64,000 bases of DNA, taken from NCBI GenBank assembly GCA_963849325.1, contig CAWKHF010000012.1:1280001-1344000 (forward strand), in the 5' to 3' direction. A program made the translations under genes and the position numbers. The notes under the pieces were generated by a model. That model saw only the letters and a list, made by a program, of their open reading frames with translations. It was not told where the DNA came from and ran no database searches. The stretch is from an uncultured Planctomycetota bacterium (lineage in GTDB: Bacteria > Planctomycetota > Planctomycetia > Gemmatales > Gemmataceae). How positions within the stretch are numbered: position 1 is the stretch's first letter; each line of letters starts with the position of its first letter. Positions 60,982 to 64,000 of the stretch are shown one piece after another.

Positions 60982-61691
60982 TTATTTCACTCCGGTAAAT
61001 ACAGAATACGGCCGCACGACTTGCACAAGCACGAACATCTCCTGCTGCAGTTCGTTGTACTGCTGGGCCGTGATCTCGGTATAGCAAGCGGTGCAGGTGC
61101 GGCCGTGGACGGCCGCCAGGGCGTCGTGTCCCTTGGAGGCCACGTCGCGGTCGTACTGGACCCGGACTTTGGCCGAGATGCTCGTCTCCAGGGCTTGCAA
61201 TTGCTTCTGCGCCTCGTCGTGCTGGCGGCTGCAGGTCCGCCAGACGTTCCTGCATCCCCGCCTCGTACTTGGCGTACTCGTCCCTGGCCTGGCGCACTGC
61301 CTTCTCCAGCTCCGGCAGCTGGGCCGTCTTCTCCTCGCTCTCGGCGATGCCGTTGAGGATTTCCTCCTCCAGCCGCTGGCACGTCGTCTGGGCGTCGCGG
61401 ATTTCGTGCTGCAGCGCCTCGTATTCTTTCTTCGATCCGGCCTCGTTGAGCTGCTTCTGATACTTGGCGATCTGCCCGTGCATCGTCTTGAGCGTCCCTT
61501 CCTTGCCGTGGACCTCGACCTTGAGGTGTTTGATCGCTTCCTGGGCCTCGCGCTGGGCTTCCTCTTGATGCGCGACCTTGGCTTGCTGAATCTTTTGCTG
61601 CCGCGGCACGCGGTCGATTTGCTCCTGCAGGTCGTGGCTCGAAGCGACGCAGACGATGAATTTCGCGGAAGAGGATGGCGGGACCGGACAT
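60982..61691 (-). CDS. Coiled-coil + C4 zinc-ribbon protein (DUF164-like), frameshifted
   Basis: KEYEALQHEI, CTACY, CKSCGRILYLPE; lies downstream of rpoD. Confidence 0.85.
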
Positions 61692-61751
61692 GATGAACTC
61701 CTTGCCGTTCAGGGCGAGCGCGGTCGCGTTTGTGGCGTTCCGGAAGAACTT

Positions 61752-61817
61752 CGTTTAGCCGCGACGCGCAGCGGAGCGCGGGAATTCCCGCGCTCCGCTG
61801 CGCGTCGCGGCTAAACG
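61752..61817. repeat. Perfect 66-bp palindrome, family D
   Basis: cgtttagccgcgacgcgcagcggagcgcgggaa|ttcccgcgctccgctgcgcgtcgcggctaaacg. Confidence 0.93.
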
Positions 61818-61863
61818 GGGAAGTCATTCCGGAACGCCTCCAAACGCGACCGCTCGCCCCAAC

Positions 61864-61895
61864 AAAAAAACCGCCGGTCTTTTTGACCGGCGGTT
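61864..61895 (-). terminator. Rho-independent terminator after rpoD
   Basis: Stem aaccgccggtc/gaccggcggtt followed by a T-run on the minus strand. Confidence 0.8.
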
Positions 61896-61902
61896 GCGTG
61901 TC

Positions 61903-63554
<1,652 letters not shown>

Positions 63555-63579
63555 CAAACCCTCCCTCGCCCATTTCTTC

Positions 63580-63650
63580 AGTTCTGAGTTCTGAGTTCTG
63601 AGTGAAGAGTTCTGTTTTCACTCAGAACTCAGAACTCAGCACTCAGAACT
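63580..63650. repeat. Heptamer tandem repeats arranged as an inverted pair
   Basis: (agttctg)x3 ... (cagaact)x4 with one variant unit. Confidence 0.88.
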
Positions 63651-64000
63651 TTGGATTTTGCAGCTGCCGGAGCAGTTCCAGTTCCGCCGCGGGATCGCTG
63701 GCGGCGTTCAGCTGAGTATGGAGTTCCTGTTTGACGCGCTTGAGGCGGCGCTGCTGGAAAAAGGCCAGGAGTTGCCGCAGGCACGCCGGACGGTCGGGGA
63801 TGGCCCGGCCGATGGCTTGCAGTTCGAGTGCTTTCGCCGCCAGGTGGACGTTGTCCAGGCGGGGACGCAAGCAGATCAAGCGTGGGCGGCTCGCCGGCCG
63901 CCCGCAGGGCGTACAGCCCCTCCAACAGCCCACGTAAGCCGGGATGGGCGATCTCCTCGGGGCGGATCGGCCGCCGCCGCCGGCTCCACCAGCGCCGGCT
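63629..64000 (-). CDS. dnaG: DNA primase C-terminal region, partial and frameshifted
   Basis: Helical C-terminal ORF immediately upstream of rpoD (canonical dnaG-rpoD order); no catalytic motifs within the window. Confidence 0.55.
   Translation of the reverse strand, partial: SRRWWSRRRRPIRPEEIAHPGLRGLLEGLYALRAAGEPPTLDLLASPPGQRPPGGESTRTASHRPGHPRPSGVPAATPGLFPAAPPQARQTGTPYSAERRQRSRGGTGTAPAAAKSKVLSAEF

Overview
GC-rich bacterial chromosomal segment, almost certainly a planctomycete (Gemmataceae-like), judged from DUF1553/DUF1501, DUF1559, a PVC-type CxxCH heme protein, TIGR02996-LRR proteins and sulfatases. Housekeeping genes include sucC/sucD, selA/selB, guaB, queC, a metG-like gene, rpoD and the 3' end of dnaG. 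Many genes, including essential ones, carry 1-bp frameshifts, which I read as sequencing/assembly errors, so several CDS spans below are stitched across frames. The most notable elements are: (i) a ClpA/B-type double AAA+ protein with N-terminal HEAT repeats and a C-terminal RF2-like module lacking GGQ; (ii) an Rpn-like nuclease whose 71-aa tail has an internal RBS/ATG and is followed by a diverged stand-alone copy, with units delimited by a 14-bp direct repeat; (iii) a two-ORF cassette between sucC and sucD; (iv) at least six palindromic REP-like families plus a 380-bp element with 44-bp terminal inverted repeats; (v) a cluster of conflict-type genes at about 41-58 kb. All family assignments are by motif recognition only; no database searches were run.
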